This document shows, piece after piece, positions 42,298 to 53,002 of a stretch of DNA of 64,000 nucleotides (positions are counted from its first letter, which is position 1; each line of letters opens with the position of its first letter). Source of the DNA: Phaeosaccion multiseriatum (lineage: Eukaryota > Protista > Ochrophyta, other classes). The translations under genes were made by a program, and so were the position numbers. Location of the stretch: assembly GCA_965112735.1 (NCBI GenBank), contig OZ218955.1:1612001-1676000 (forward strand), given 5' to 3'. Under the pieces are notes generated by a model. The model worked only from the letters and a program-made list of their open reading frames with translations. It was not told the DNA's origin and ran no database searches.

Positions 42298-44250
42298 TCA
42301 CGGCAGCCCCCCATTGCCCTTGCCTTTGTCGCTGCCTTGCACCCTCCCATCCTTGCTCCCTTCCCCTCCCCCGAACAAGGCCCTGTGTACGACGGCCCTC
42401 ACTTCGACGATATTGCCCGACGCCGACACCTTCTGTTTGGGCAGGCGCTGAAGGAACGTGTGAGGGTCCAACGCTTGGGTGGGGTCCGGAGGAGGAGAGT
42501 CAAAGGTTCGGACGTTCGAATTCCACCCCCCGCGGCTGTGTCCTGAAGTCGCTTTTCTGTTGGCCACATCTGCGTACAGCTCTGCCCGTCTGTCGTGTGT
42601 GAGGAGGAAGACCCCCTCAGGGTAACTACCTCTGAGCTCTGATGGGAAGAACCCGTCCAGGAGGTCCCTGACGAACTGGCGGGTACGCGGCAAGGCTGGA
42701 AGGAGGAGTGGGGACCAATGACAGCAACCACAACAACAACAGCAGCAGCAGCAACAGGGGAAGTGGCGGTGGCGGTAGAGACTGCTCATTTGAGAAGGAG
42801 TTAGGTAGAGAGAGCTGGCAGCACAGACACGCAGATGCGCGGAGCTATCCTCCCCATCGGGGCCGTGACGTGTGGCAGTACCTACCACCCCTGCACTCCC
42901 TCACTCCCTCACTCACTCACTCAACCCGCTCACTCACTCCCTCTTCTTCACTCACCCTCTCACTCACCCACCCACTCACTCCCTCCCGCACTCACTCACC
43001 GTAGGCTCGGAAAGGTCCCCTCATGAGAAAGATGCCGTCCTTGAAGAGCACAAGAGGGACTTTCTTGAGTGAGTCCTGTGTGCTTTCCCCCCTCACGATC
43101 TGGTTCAGCTCTGCCACGCTGTCGAGGACGGCGTCAAAGTCTACATCCAGGTCGACGTCGCCAGCGCTACTGTTGCCGCTGCTCTGGCTACTGCTGCTGC
43201 TATGAGTGCTCTGTCGTTTAACACCCCCCTCCCATGTCCCTCTCCTTCTCCTTTCACCCTCGGCTCTGTGAAGTGCGGCTTCTCCTTCTCCTTCTCCCCC
43301 CCCCTCTTCTGCTTCCCCCTTCGCATCGACAATCTCCTTTGCAGTGGACCTGTAGCTACCTTGCTCGGGGCGCTCATCACAATGCCGCCGCTGCTGCTGT
43401 GGCTGCTTTTTCCACACTAATCCCTGGTCCGCCAAGAATACTTCGATGTCGTGAATGTGCTTCTTCAGCGCGTTTCCCTGCCCCAGCGCCGAGCCAAGCG
43501 CATCCCTCATCACTTCCTTCGCCCCCCCCCGCTCCTCCTCCTCCTCCTCCTCCTTCTCCTCACTCCCATCGTGGCTGTGCTGGAGCTCCTTCTGTCGTGT
43601 CTGCTTCTTCTGCTCTATGAGTTGAAGCGATCCTCGCATGTCCTGACACTCATCTCGCAGCTCGGCCAGTGATTTCGTCTTTCGAGCCATCAGAGCCGCC
43701 ATTTCGGCGTGCTGCTTCTCCATCCGAGTCAAAGTGGCCACCGCCTGTCCCAGGTCCAAGTTGAGGCTGCTGTCAGAGGGTCTCTGCTCCTGCCTCTTCC
43801 GTCTGGTGGTGTCGCCGCTGCTGTTGCTGTTGCTGCTGTTGCTGCTGTTGCTGCTGTTGCTGCTGTTGCTGCTGCTGCTCGCTGCGCGCTGGGGAGCGAG
43901 AAGAGATATGATTCACGCAAAGCGAGGCACGGTCAGAGGAGTTTCCATCATCTTCACGCTCCTCCGCCCCCTTTCGTCTCTCACCTGCTCACTGACCCCC
44001 TGCTGTGAACCAACATCTCTCAATGAAGGGATATTCCCTGCGCGGTACTCCTGAAGCAGAAAGTCCACAATGTCACCCTCCACGCGGCTGCGCCCTGTCC
44101 TTCCTTTGCTCGAGGGAGAGGGAGGTAGCAAGGGGAGGAGTGAGGGTGAGGGGGTGGCAAGGGAACAGCGAAGTGGGGAGGGCCTTCGTACTCACTTTCC
44201 GCCTCGGACTTGAGGAGCGCATCCTCTAAGCGCCGCGGAAGGGCGGGCAT
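42298..44250 (-). CDS. UBXN11: UBXN11/Socius-like protein (coiled coil + SEP-like region)
   Basis: Exons ~44250-44196, ~44094-43997, 43888-43000, 42695-42298. LFKDGIFLMRGPFRAY..FVRDLLDGFFPSELRGSYPEGV and FLQRLPK..GNIVEVR match the UBXN11 conserved core. Confidence 0.8.
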
Positions 44251-44443
44251 AATCTACATCATAAATCATAAACAGAGAAGAGAGGGAAGAGGAGGATATG
44301 GAGAGGAGGATGAGAAGCTAAACGAGGATGAGAAGCCCGAGGGCGACGACCTGTAACCGAAACGGAGCACCAACTCCCCCACTATTTTTTCTCACCTTCA
44401 ACCAACGGGATATCGGGATAGAGCGGCCTGCTCCGGAGAAAGG
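44251..44443. promoter_or_regulatory. Putative bidirectional promoter (UBXN11-like / MYND gene)
   Basis: ~190 bp between divergent inferred ATGs. Confidence 0.5.
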
Positions 44444-46102
44444 ATGAGTCAGCGTCCCTATCCGGGAGGGAAATCGAAGGAGGAAGTGATGAAGCTCCAA
44501 AAGGACTTGCAAGAGGACCGCGAAAGCATTTTGTATGCAGCTCTTCACGGCCACTTCACCATACATCCATCCCACGCCTTTCGCCTGGCGGGGAACTCAC
44601 ACTCTCCAAATGCTCGGGGACCTTTGCCTCTGGACTCACTTCGAGCGCTGGACCGATACGTGGCAAAGTGGAATGATCCGAGACACGAAGGCAATAAGAC
44701 AGATACTACCACTAGTGAAGGGGAAGGGAGAAAGGGAAATGGAAGGAGGGGAGGAATTGGTCGCTCGAAGCCTTAGAAGCCGCAGCGAAGAGGGTAATCT
44801 CGTGCTACGCCCCGCCCAATCTTTCCACTCTGCGCCTTTGCTTGTCATCAGGCCGAAGCGGCGAGATGGACTTTAAATTCTACCAGGACTCACCGCTGGG
44901 TCACGGCGAGTGCCCTGCTAGCGAAGTCATTTGGCGCTTCCAAGCCCCGGGCAAGCTCGATCTCACCCAGGTAGGTAATTTGGTTATTCGGTGTGTCGCT
45001 TGTTGCGCCTGTGGTGAGTGAGAGGTGTTACTTCGGTCTGACCTCGCGCCTCCTCCCACCCCCTTCCCTCTACCAGGAGAAGTTCACAGAAGGGGGTCTG
45101 CACTATTTTATCGGGGAAACGCAGCTCTTCTGGACCATGGTCATTACCTGGAAAGTGCACGGCACCACCTTCTACAAGGACCCAGAGGGATTTGAGGCAA
45201 GTCGACATGTTGCTTGTGCTGCGCTGGGTGCTTTGCCTTGTTGCAAATAGGCTCCCGCGTCTTTCGCCGCAACGCACTCGGCACCCTCTCAACGAAGTAC
45301 TCCCTCTCCGACGGACTCACGCACACACGCACCCACACGCGCGCACACACACGCACACACACGCACACACACACACACACACATACATACACACACATAC
45401 ATACACACATGTACATGAACGCGAGCAGCCAGGTATGCTGAAGTCAATGGACGAGTGGCAGCAGCTGGCGGCAAAGTGGGACCACTTGTTCGCCTTGGCC
45501 AAGGCAGATCCGCACAATGTCCCGTGCATGTTCTATCAGACCCCCATCGGCTGTCTGGTGAGAGGGGAGAAGGGGGGGAGGGTATGGCCTGATGCCTTCA
45601 ACCTGGTGTCTGGTGTACGCACTTTTGATGCTTCTTCGCTGCTTCACTTGCTCAGCCACCCACCCACTCCTCGCCTCTTTTCAGTGAGGGGGGGAAGGCA
45701 TGGCCCCTTTGCCTTCGCATTGGTGTATGTACTTCCGATACTTCTTCGCTGCTTCACTTGCTTATCCACCCACACACCCACCCACCCCTCGCCTCTTTCG
45801 CTTTGATACACGCACACGTCCGTGCTTGCATGTTGTCTCATGCCGTTTGCTTTATTTTGTTGTTGTTTTTCCCTTGCTTCGCTTGGCTTTGGGCTGCTTG
45901 CACAGTGGAGCGGGTGCCCTTGCACAAGACCAAGAAGTGTTCGGTGTGTCTCTTTCGGACTGGAGAAATGACCAAGTGCGGGCGCTGCCGGGGTCCTCTC
46001 TACTGCGGCCAAATGTGTCAAAAAGTGGATTGGAAATACCGGGGTCACAAGAAAGCGTGTAGTCCCCGCCCCCCCATGCCGCCGCCGTCGGACGACTCGT
46101 AG
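44444..46102 (+). CDS. MYND-type zinc finger protein
   Basis: Last exon (~45906-46102) encodes CSVC..KCGRCRGPLYCGQMCQKVDWKYRGHKKAC (zf-MYND). Upstream coding-like exons at 44444-~44700, 44852-44970, 45077-45196 and ~45429-45612; internal junctions uncertain. Confidence 0.7.
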
Positions 46103-46152
46103 ATGCAGACAGACACGTTGTGAGGAGAGGGCAGAGCGGTATAGATGTAGAA

Positions 46153-46229
46153 GGTGGAGACCAGGAGAGAGGAGACTGGCAGATAGATGGTGGAGACCAG
46201 GAGAGAGGAGACTGGCAGATGGTGGAGAC
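46153..46229. repeat. 32-36-bp tandem repeat in 3' flank
   Basis: ggtggagaccaggagagaggagactggcagat twice plus a partial copy. Confidence 0.85.
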
Positions 46230-46721
46230 GTGCTTTGGTTTGGTTTGGTTTGGTTTTTTTTTTGTTGTCTTTCGGGCAGAGGGAGAGAGGGAGAGCAGAG
46301 CAGAGAAGCAGCCCGGTTCTTTTTTTGTGTTCCTCCACCGGGGGTGAGTCCGGCCGTTGTTGGCAGCAGCAGTACATTAAGTTACAATCTGTCAGTTTCA
46401 AATAATCAAAAAGAGAAGAGAAGTCTATTATTAGACTTCCACCAATTGGCTGGCTTGGCCCCGAATGGGGTTGTTTGCGAATCGGTTTCAGCGCCACAGC
46501 TCAGGCTGCCCCGGCCCTCCAGGGGGTCAGACCACAAAGCTGGCGGTTATCGAGCTTGGATTGAAGTGCTCCTCACCCCCAATCGAGCTGGAAGGTCGAG
46601 CTTGAATTGACAACTCTTCTCCTCACCTATCGAGAGCTTGAATGGGGAAGGAAGGAAAAGCCCCTAACAACTACGTAACTCTCTTTCCTCCTCCTCCTCC
46701 TCCTCCTCCTCCTCTTCACCC

Positions 46722-49675
46722 TCAGTCTTGCCTGAGATGCGGTGCGATGACGTCCACAATCTCGCCCACGACGGTCTCCTGCCCTCCGCAGCATATACCC
46801 CACTTGCCCCACATATCAAAGGCCTGTCCATCGCACTGCCGCACCACCCCCCCCGCCTCTAGAATGAACAACCATCCCGCCGCGTAGTCCCAGGGCTGCC
46901 ATCCTTCACCTGAAGCACAAGCACACACGCACACACGTGAGCGAGCAAAGCAATTCAAGTAAAAAACGGTACGTACGCGTACGTAAGATTGAGAGCAGCC
47001 AGAAGAGACAAGAGACAAGTTGTCAAGAGAGGAAGAGGGAAGAGGAGGACATGATGAGTGAGTGTCCATCGCAGGCCTCCTGTGTTTCAAGTAGGAACAA
47101 GACCCCAACAGCCTGTACGAGGTGTCGTGTTTAGAGCGAGGGTCAGGGCTAACAAGGGCCCCTCTCCACAGCCTCAACGTGGGGTTTCTCTTCTCTCCTC
47201 TACTTCATTTCGCACCTGCCACGCCTGAGTAGAGTCCATCCACCCTCCCACAGCCAACCTTCACAACAGGAGGAGAGGGAGGAAGGGTAGCGGGGAGGGA
47301 GGGAGGGAGGGAGGGAGGGAGGAAACGAAGGCAACCGAAAAGCAGGGCAGGGCGCGTAAGTGCCTAAGGGGCAGGGCAGGTAAAAGGCAGGGCAGGGCGA
47401 GAGAAGAGAAGCGAGAGAGAAGAGAAGCAAGCAACAACCAAAAGAAGGCACTACTCCCCCTTGTGCTGCCCCCCCTATGGCGCTGCCACAAGTTCCCAAG
47501 CGTCAAGTTTAGTCTGGTAACGTCTCAGCACTTGGAGCTTTCAAAAAAGCATTGCGCGCTAGCTCCTTATCCTCTGCTCTCCTCTCCTCTCCCCTCCTCT
47601 CCTCTCCTCTCCTCTCCTCTCCTCTCCCCTCCTCTCCTCTTCTCTCCTCTTGCTTACCCAGCAGAGGTCAATGGCGCCGCTGCCCAATTGCCGGAGGCCC
47701 CTCGACTTCTTGAGCACTGCCCCAGTGGCCGCTAGCATGCAGTCAAGGGAGGCGTCATCCCTGGCGTAACCGAACTCGTGAATCACCAACGCGGACTGCA
47801 GCTCTGAGCAGGTGGATGCAGACACTCGCCGTCCGTTTACCCACGCACCCTTGCCCTGCGAGGGTGGGGAAGAGGCAGAGAGCCGAGGGGAGGAGATGAA
47901 GAAAAGAGAGAGAGAGAGGGAGTAAGAACGAAATAAGGAGAGAGAGGAGAGGGAGACACACACACAGAGTAAGGAGGAGATGCTGACTCTTCTACACACT
48001 GAAGAGCGTCGGAGGGCATTGGAGCGTGGCGCGAACGGCGCACAGAGTACAGAGTGCGCGAAGCAAAATCCGGCGGGTGTCGTTCTCGAAGAAAGACGGA
48101 ACTTTTTGTCTTCCCCCAACAATCACTCACAAGAACAAAGACTTCACTGCTGCTGCAGGGTAGTACGGCGGTCGACAACCTCCCCCCCCCCTCCCCTTTA
48201 CTCTACTCCCATCGCAACCTTTTTTTTTACCTTCATGGTGATGAACATCTCTTTTGAGCAGGGATCGAACACCACGCCTAAGCGGCACTCCTTGCCCACT
48301 GTGAAGCCGATGCTCACACACGTCAAGGGGAAGCCGTGCACGAAGTTTGTTGTGCCATCCACGGGGTCGCAGATCTGGAAGGAAGGAAGAAGGAAGGAAG
48401 GAAAGAAGGGAAGGAAGGAAGGAAGGAAGGAAGGAAAGAAAGAAGGAAGGAAGGAAGGAGGGAAGGAAGGAAGGAAGGAAAGACGGAAGGAAGGGAAGGA
48501 AGGAAGGAAGGAAGGAAGGAGGGAAGGAAAGAAGGAAGGACGGAAGGAAGGAATGGAAGGAAGGAAAGAAGGTTGTGACGGGCCGGGGGGGGGGCTCAGC
48601 TTTGACAAGACCACATCAGATGCTTTTCTCTCTATCTCTCTCTCCTATTCCTCTTACTTGCCCCTGTTTACTCACCCAGGTAGGGTCGTCCGTGAGCGGC
48701 TCGATGTGGCCCTTCGCCGCCGAGTCCTCCTCTCCGATAAACTTGTCCGTCGGAAAGGCGGACCGCAGCCCCTCGAAAATGAGTTTCTCATTGTTCTGGT
48801 CTGTTTCCGTGACTCTGCCATGCCGAGAGAGAGAGAGAGAGAGAAGCAGGAGCGGCAGCAGCAGGGCGCGGAGGAAGGAAAAAAGGAAAAGTGGATGAGG
48901 ATAGGATCTTTGGAAATAGAGCCAGGAGGGGGGGAGGGAGTAACGACAGGGGAGCTGAAGTTGCCGAAAGACAAAGGCCCCTGGGCACAAGTGTACAGCA
49001 GGAGCAACGTGCTGACGTGACAATCGTCTCTCTCTCCAGTTTTTCCTCCGCCCCCCTTTTCCTTCCTTCCCCTCTCCTCTCCTCCCCTCGTTCGACTTCT
49101 TCCGCCTACCCTCTCCGTCTCCTTCACTCTCCCCCCCCCCCCACTCTCATTCTTGCTTCATTGAAACTCACAAATCGACTGCCAGCCCCTTCTTGGTGTT
49201 GACGGTCTTTGAATTGCTATCGAGCACTAGCTTGATGGCCTGTCCTGCCTCAGCCGCCAGGTCCACCGCCACTTGAAGACGAGCGGCGAGGAAGCCATCT
49301 GCCCCGCCTCTTCAACCGACACAACCGACGTGGGAAGGATGAACGTTCAAGGCAAGCCGCAACAGAGAGACGTTTAGTAGAGGAGGAGAGGGGAGAGGTG
49401 AGAGAGATGACAACAGAGAGACGTCCAGATGGCAAATCAAGGAGATGAGAGGGGAGAGAAGGAGAACGAACCCTCTCTCACCCTTCAGTGAGCTCCTTCG
49501 GAATCAAGTACTCGCTTCGTCCAAAGTGCTCGCTTGCGCGGGGAGGAAGAGGGGCCACACCTCCACCCATCTCCCCTCCTTTGCTGCGCTTCCGCAAGGC
49601 TCTGCGTGCCGCTACCACGATGGAAACGAAGGCAACCACACCCAAGGCACGCGGAAGGGGACACTCCCCCGACAT
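46722..49675 (-). CDS. Inositol monophosphatase family protein
   Basis: Exons ~49675-49482, ~49309-49172, 48814-48676, 48374-48231, 47855-47658, 47258-47216, 46909-46722. Motifs [58 protein letters not shown]. Confidence 0.92.
48377..48570. repeat. (GGAA)n tract, intronic (TTCC on sense strand, abutting acceptor)
   Basis: Degenerate GGAA run directly adjacent to the exon starting at 48374. Confidence 0.93.
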
Positions 49676-50013
49676 GACAAGAGGAGGGTTGCACAAAGGA
49701 GAGCTATGATATGGTGGAGGAAAGGGAAGGAAAAGATGTGACCTCTCAGTTTCGGCTCGCCCGTCCTTTCGCAAAACGTTTGTCTTCAACCCGCGACAAG
49801 ATCTCTCTCGTAAACCAGCTGCAGCAGCGTGAGCAACAGCAGAACATCAGCCACCAGCGGCACACTCGAGTCTTCCTTTGTTAGCGCGTGATCTTTATCG
49901 CGGATCACATCTTCCTCCCTTTTCCGTTAGATCTTCGCTCGAAGGAGCTTTCCGTTCTTTGTGATATAAAGTCTTAGGGCCGTTCTTAAAGCCTTTGATC
50001 AGACGCGGCGCCG
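49676..50013. promoter_or_regulatory. Putative bidirectional promoter (IMPase / DNL-finger gene)
   Basis: ~340 bp between divergent ATGs; several GATC/AGATCT sites and a TATAAA at ~49965. Confidence 0.55.
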
Positions 50014-51252
50014 ATGACTAAGACGGGGTTTAGCATGCTACTGCTGGTGGTTCCGGTGCTGGCAGCGCTTGCCGTGTGCGAGGCCTTCACCGGCCCTGCG
50101 TGGTCCGGCTCCATCGCAAATCCATTCTCACCCGGTGCGACTGTGTTCAGCTCCAGGTCGAACGGGAGAAGCAGCAACCACCAGACCAGCCACCAACACC
50201 ATGACTGTGACCAAGACTGTGACCATGACCACGCCGATAACAGCTTTAACCATACGCCCTTGCTCGGGGGTCAGCATATCCCGCCAAACGAGGCAAGGGC
50301 AAGGACGGCAGCAGCGGCAGAGGAAGCAGCCTGGGCGCGAGAGGGAAAGAGAGGCCCCGGAGCGGTTGGATCATGGCGTAATGGAACACCGGTGAGTGTT
50401 ATTATCAAGAGGAGGTAGGCAGCAGCCCGGGCAATGTCTTCCTGGCGTTGTACTGTCTTTCGTTTCTAGTATGTACGTACATCTTGTCTTTCCCCTTCTT
50501 ACACCTCCTCCGTATTGGGCCGCCCTCCACCCTGTGCGACAACTGCGCAGGTCCAAATGACAGAGCGTGAGATGGAGACGAAACTTGCGCTGGCCTTTAC
50601 ATGTAAAGTGTGCACAACCCGTGGAGTGTACAAGGTGAGGACGGAGGAGGGACCAAGCCGTCTCTCATGTAGTAGTTAGTTAGTTACATCGTATTGTAGG
50701 ACTCGTCTTTCATACCATATGCCATGCACACCCATGTCACGCCGTGTGCTAAACAAAGGCTCATGCATGTGGTGGTTCTTCGAATGAGAGCAGGTGAGCC
50801 GTGTGGCGTACCAGCGAGGGGTGGTGGTCGCCATCTGCAGAGGCTGCCAGTCCAAGCACCTCATTGCCGATAACTTAAAGAAGATGAACGTGCCGGGCTT
50901 CACCGGCAACATTGAGGACTACCTCGCCAAGACCAGGGGGGAGAGCGTGAGGAAGTTGTCCGCCTGTGGTGGAGACGACCTCGCGGAAAAGACGGCAGAC
51001 TACCTTGCCGGAGGAGGGAGTGCCGTCATGAGCGGGGCGAGCAAGAGGGAGGCGGGGAGTGGGGAGGTGGCGAGCAGTGAAAGCGAGGACGGTGGGCATG
51101 ATGAGGCGGGCGAGGGGGAGGGGGTGGTGCCGCTGACCGACGAGGAGCTCCAGACCGGCGTGCTGAGGGAGACCGTGCGCTCGGAGGAGGAGATTCAGGA
51201 GCAGCGCTGGCAGGACGAGGAGGAAGAGGCGCAGCAGCAGCAGCAGCAGTGA
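50014..51252 (+). CDS. DNL-type zinc finger Hsp70 escort protein (Hep1/Zim17/HEP2 family), probably plastid-targeted
   Basis: Exons 50014-50391, 50551-50634, 50794-51252 give AFTCKVC..SRVAYQRGVVVAICRGCQSKHLIADNL..NIEDYL..RGESV. N-terminal signal peptide LLLVVPVLAALAVCEA followed by F. Confidence 0.9.
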
Positions 51253-51704
51253 AAAGGGGGGGGGGGGGGAGGATGGGAGGGCTGGTTTGACTGAGTATGC
51301 ATGTGGCGGTGCATCTGGATGTGGACGGTGCCATCCCCGTGCCCCAAGCGCCCTACTTGTCCTCTGCTTTGTCTCGCAGTCAGTCCCTGTGGGAACACGC
51401 TGTGCGTACGTGCGCGTGCGTGTGTGTGTGTGTGTGTGTGCGTGCAGCTGCGGGCAACTTGGATTGCCTACGCCTGGGCCATTGACACATGAAAAGGGGG
51501 GGGGGCACGACTCCCAGGGGGGAATGAATAGTTCCAACAAACCTTGATGTGCGAAGGAGGGAGGGGAGCAGGCAGACAGACGGCCAGGCAGACAGGCAGA
51601 CAGGCAGACAGGCAGACAGGCAGACACCAGGAAGGGTCGGTATGTACGACATGTGTATGGGGAAAGAAGGGACACAGGGAGAGAAAGGGGGAGGAAGGAA
51701 GAGA

Positions 51705-51756
<52 letters not shown>

Positions 51757-52249
51757 TATGTGGCGGGAGTGGAGTTCCCTTTCTGCCATGACTGGTGACC
51801 AGCTGGTGTGCGGGGCGGCTCTGGCTTAAGCCCACCCAGCCATCCACTGCCATCCACTTTGGAAGGGTTTACTACATAGGAGTGAAGGGTTGGGGAGTTT
51901 GTTTATCAATGGGGGAAGCGGCGGGGATTACTACGGTCAGGTGATGCTACATATTATATAATATTATATAGGGTAAGGGGTAGGGCCAGGGTCCCCATTG
52001 TGTTGTGTTGTGTATAGTGAGAGCGGGTGGTGTGGTGTAAGAGTGGGAGAGGGGAGGGAGAAAGAGAGGAAGAAAGAGGAAGAGAGCACTGAGGAGGAGT
52101 GCGAATAGCAGAGATGCTTGTCTGAGAGAGAAAGACGAGAACATGACAGGGTAGTTGTCCAAGAACGACTAAACACAAATATATCAGCTTTCATTCTTTT
52201 TACTGTTAAGATCTTGTTATTATTGATATTATTATTTAATTAATTAAAA

Positions 52250-52252
<3 letters not shown>

Positions 52253-52286
<34 letters not shown>
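52253..52286. repeat. (TA)n tract in AT-rich island between convergent 3' ends
   Basis: TA run within 52190-52295, the most AT-rich patch I could see. Confidence 0.9.
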
Positions 52287-52289
<3 letters not shown>

Positions 52290-52434
52290 TATTAGGGTGT
52301 GGACATAAACAAGCCCACTGATGGCTTGTCACAGCAGCGAGACCGCTGATGAGTCACCCACTACAGGGCCTACCTACAGTACATGAGAAGAATAAGTGGA
52401 TCACTCCATGGTGTAAAAAAAAAAAAGGGTTCAC

Positions 52435-52944
52435 TTAGTTAACATCGTGCTCGTACCGATCCGCCCTCTCGAGCGTGTTAGCCTTATCCTCCGTCTCCAT
52501 GGTCCTATCCCAGTCGTCGTCATCGTCATCATCATCATCAGCGTGACCAGTCCCTGCAGTGTCGAGTGTGCCCGACAAACCCATCACTCCCTCCTCCTCC
52601 TCCTCCTCTTCCTCCTCGCGGGGCTGAGGTGTACCGATGGACGCAGCAGAGTAGGCAAGTGCGGACTCTTCCTCGTCGACAGAGCGAAGCGAGCGTACCA
52701 CCGACCCCCCTGTGTCCGTCAGCAACTGGGCTTCAGTGCCTCCCCCTCCCCCCTCACCCGCCACAGAGGCGACCCCCCCCGCACTGCTCTCCCCCATCTC
52801 CCCACCACCCCCGCCGAGCCCCACCCCGAGGCTCGGAGGCAGTCTCGCGGAGTTGTCCCCCAGTTGGCTCATGCTGTATTCGAGGTTGCTCATGGAGTCT
52901 TGGCTCATGTCGATGGCCGCCTCCTCCGCCCCCTCTCCTCGCCG

Positions 52945-53002
<58 letters not shown>

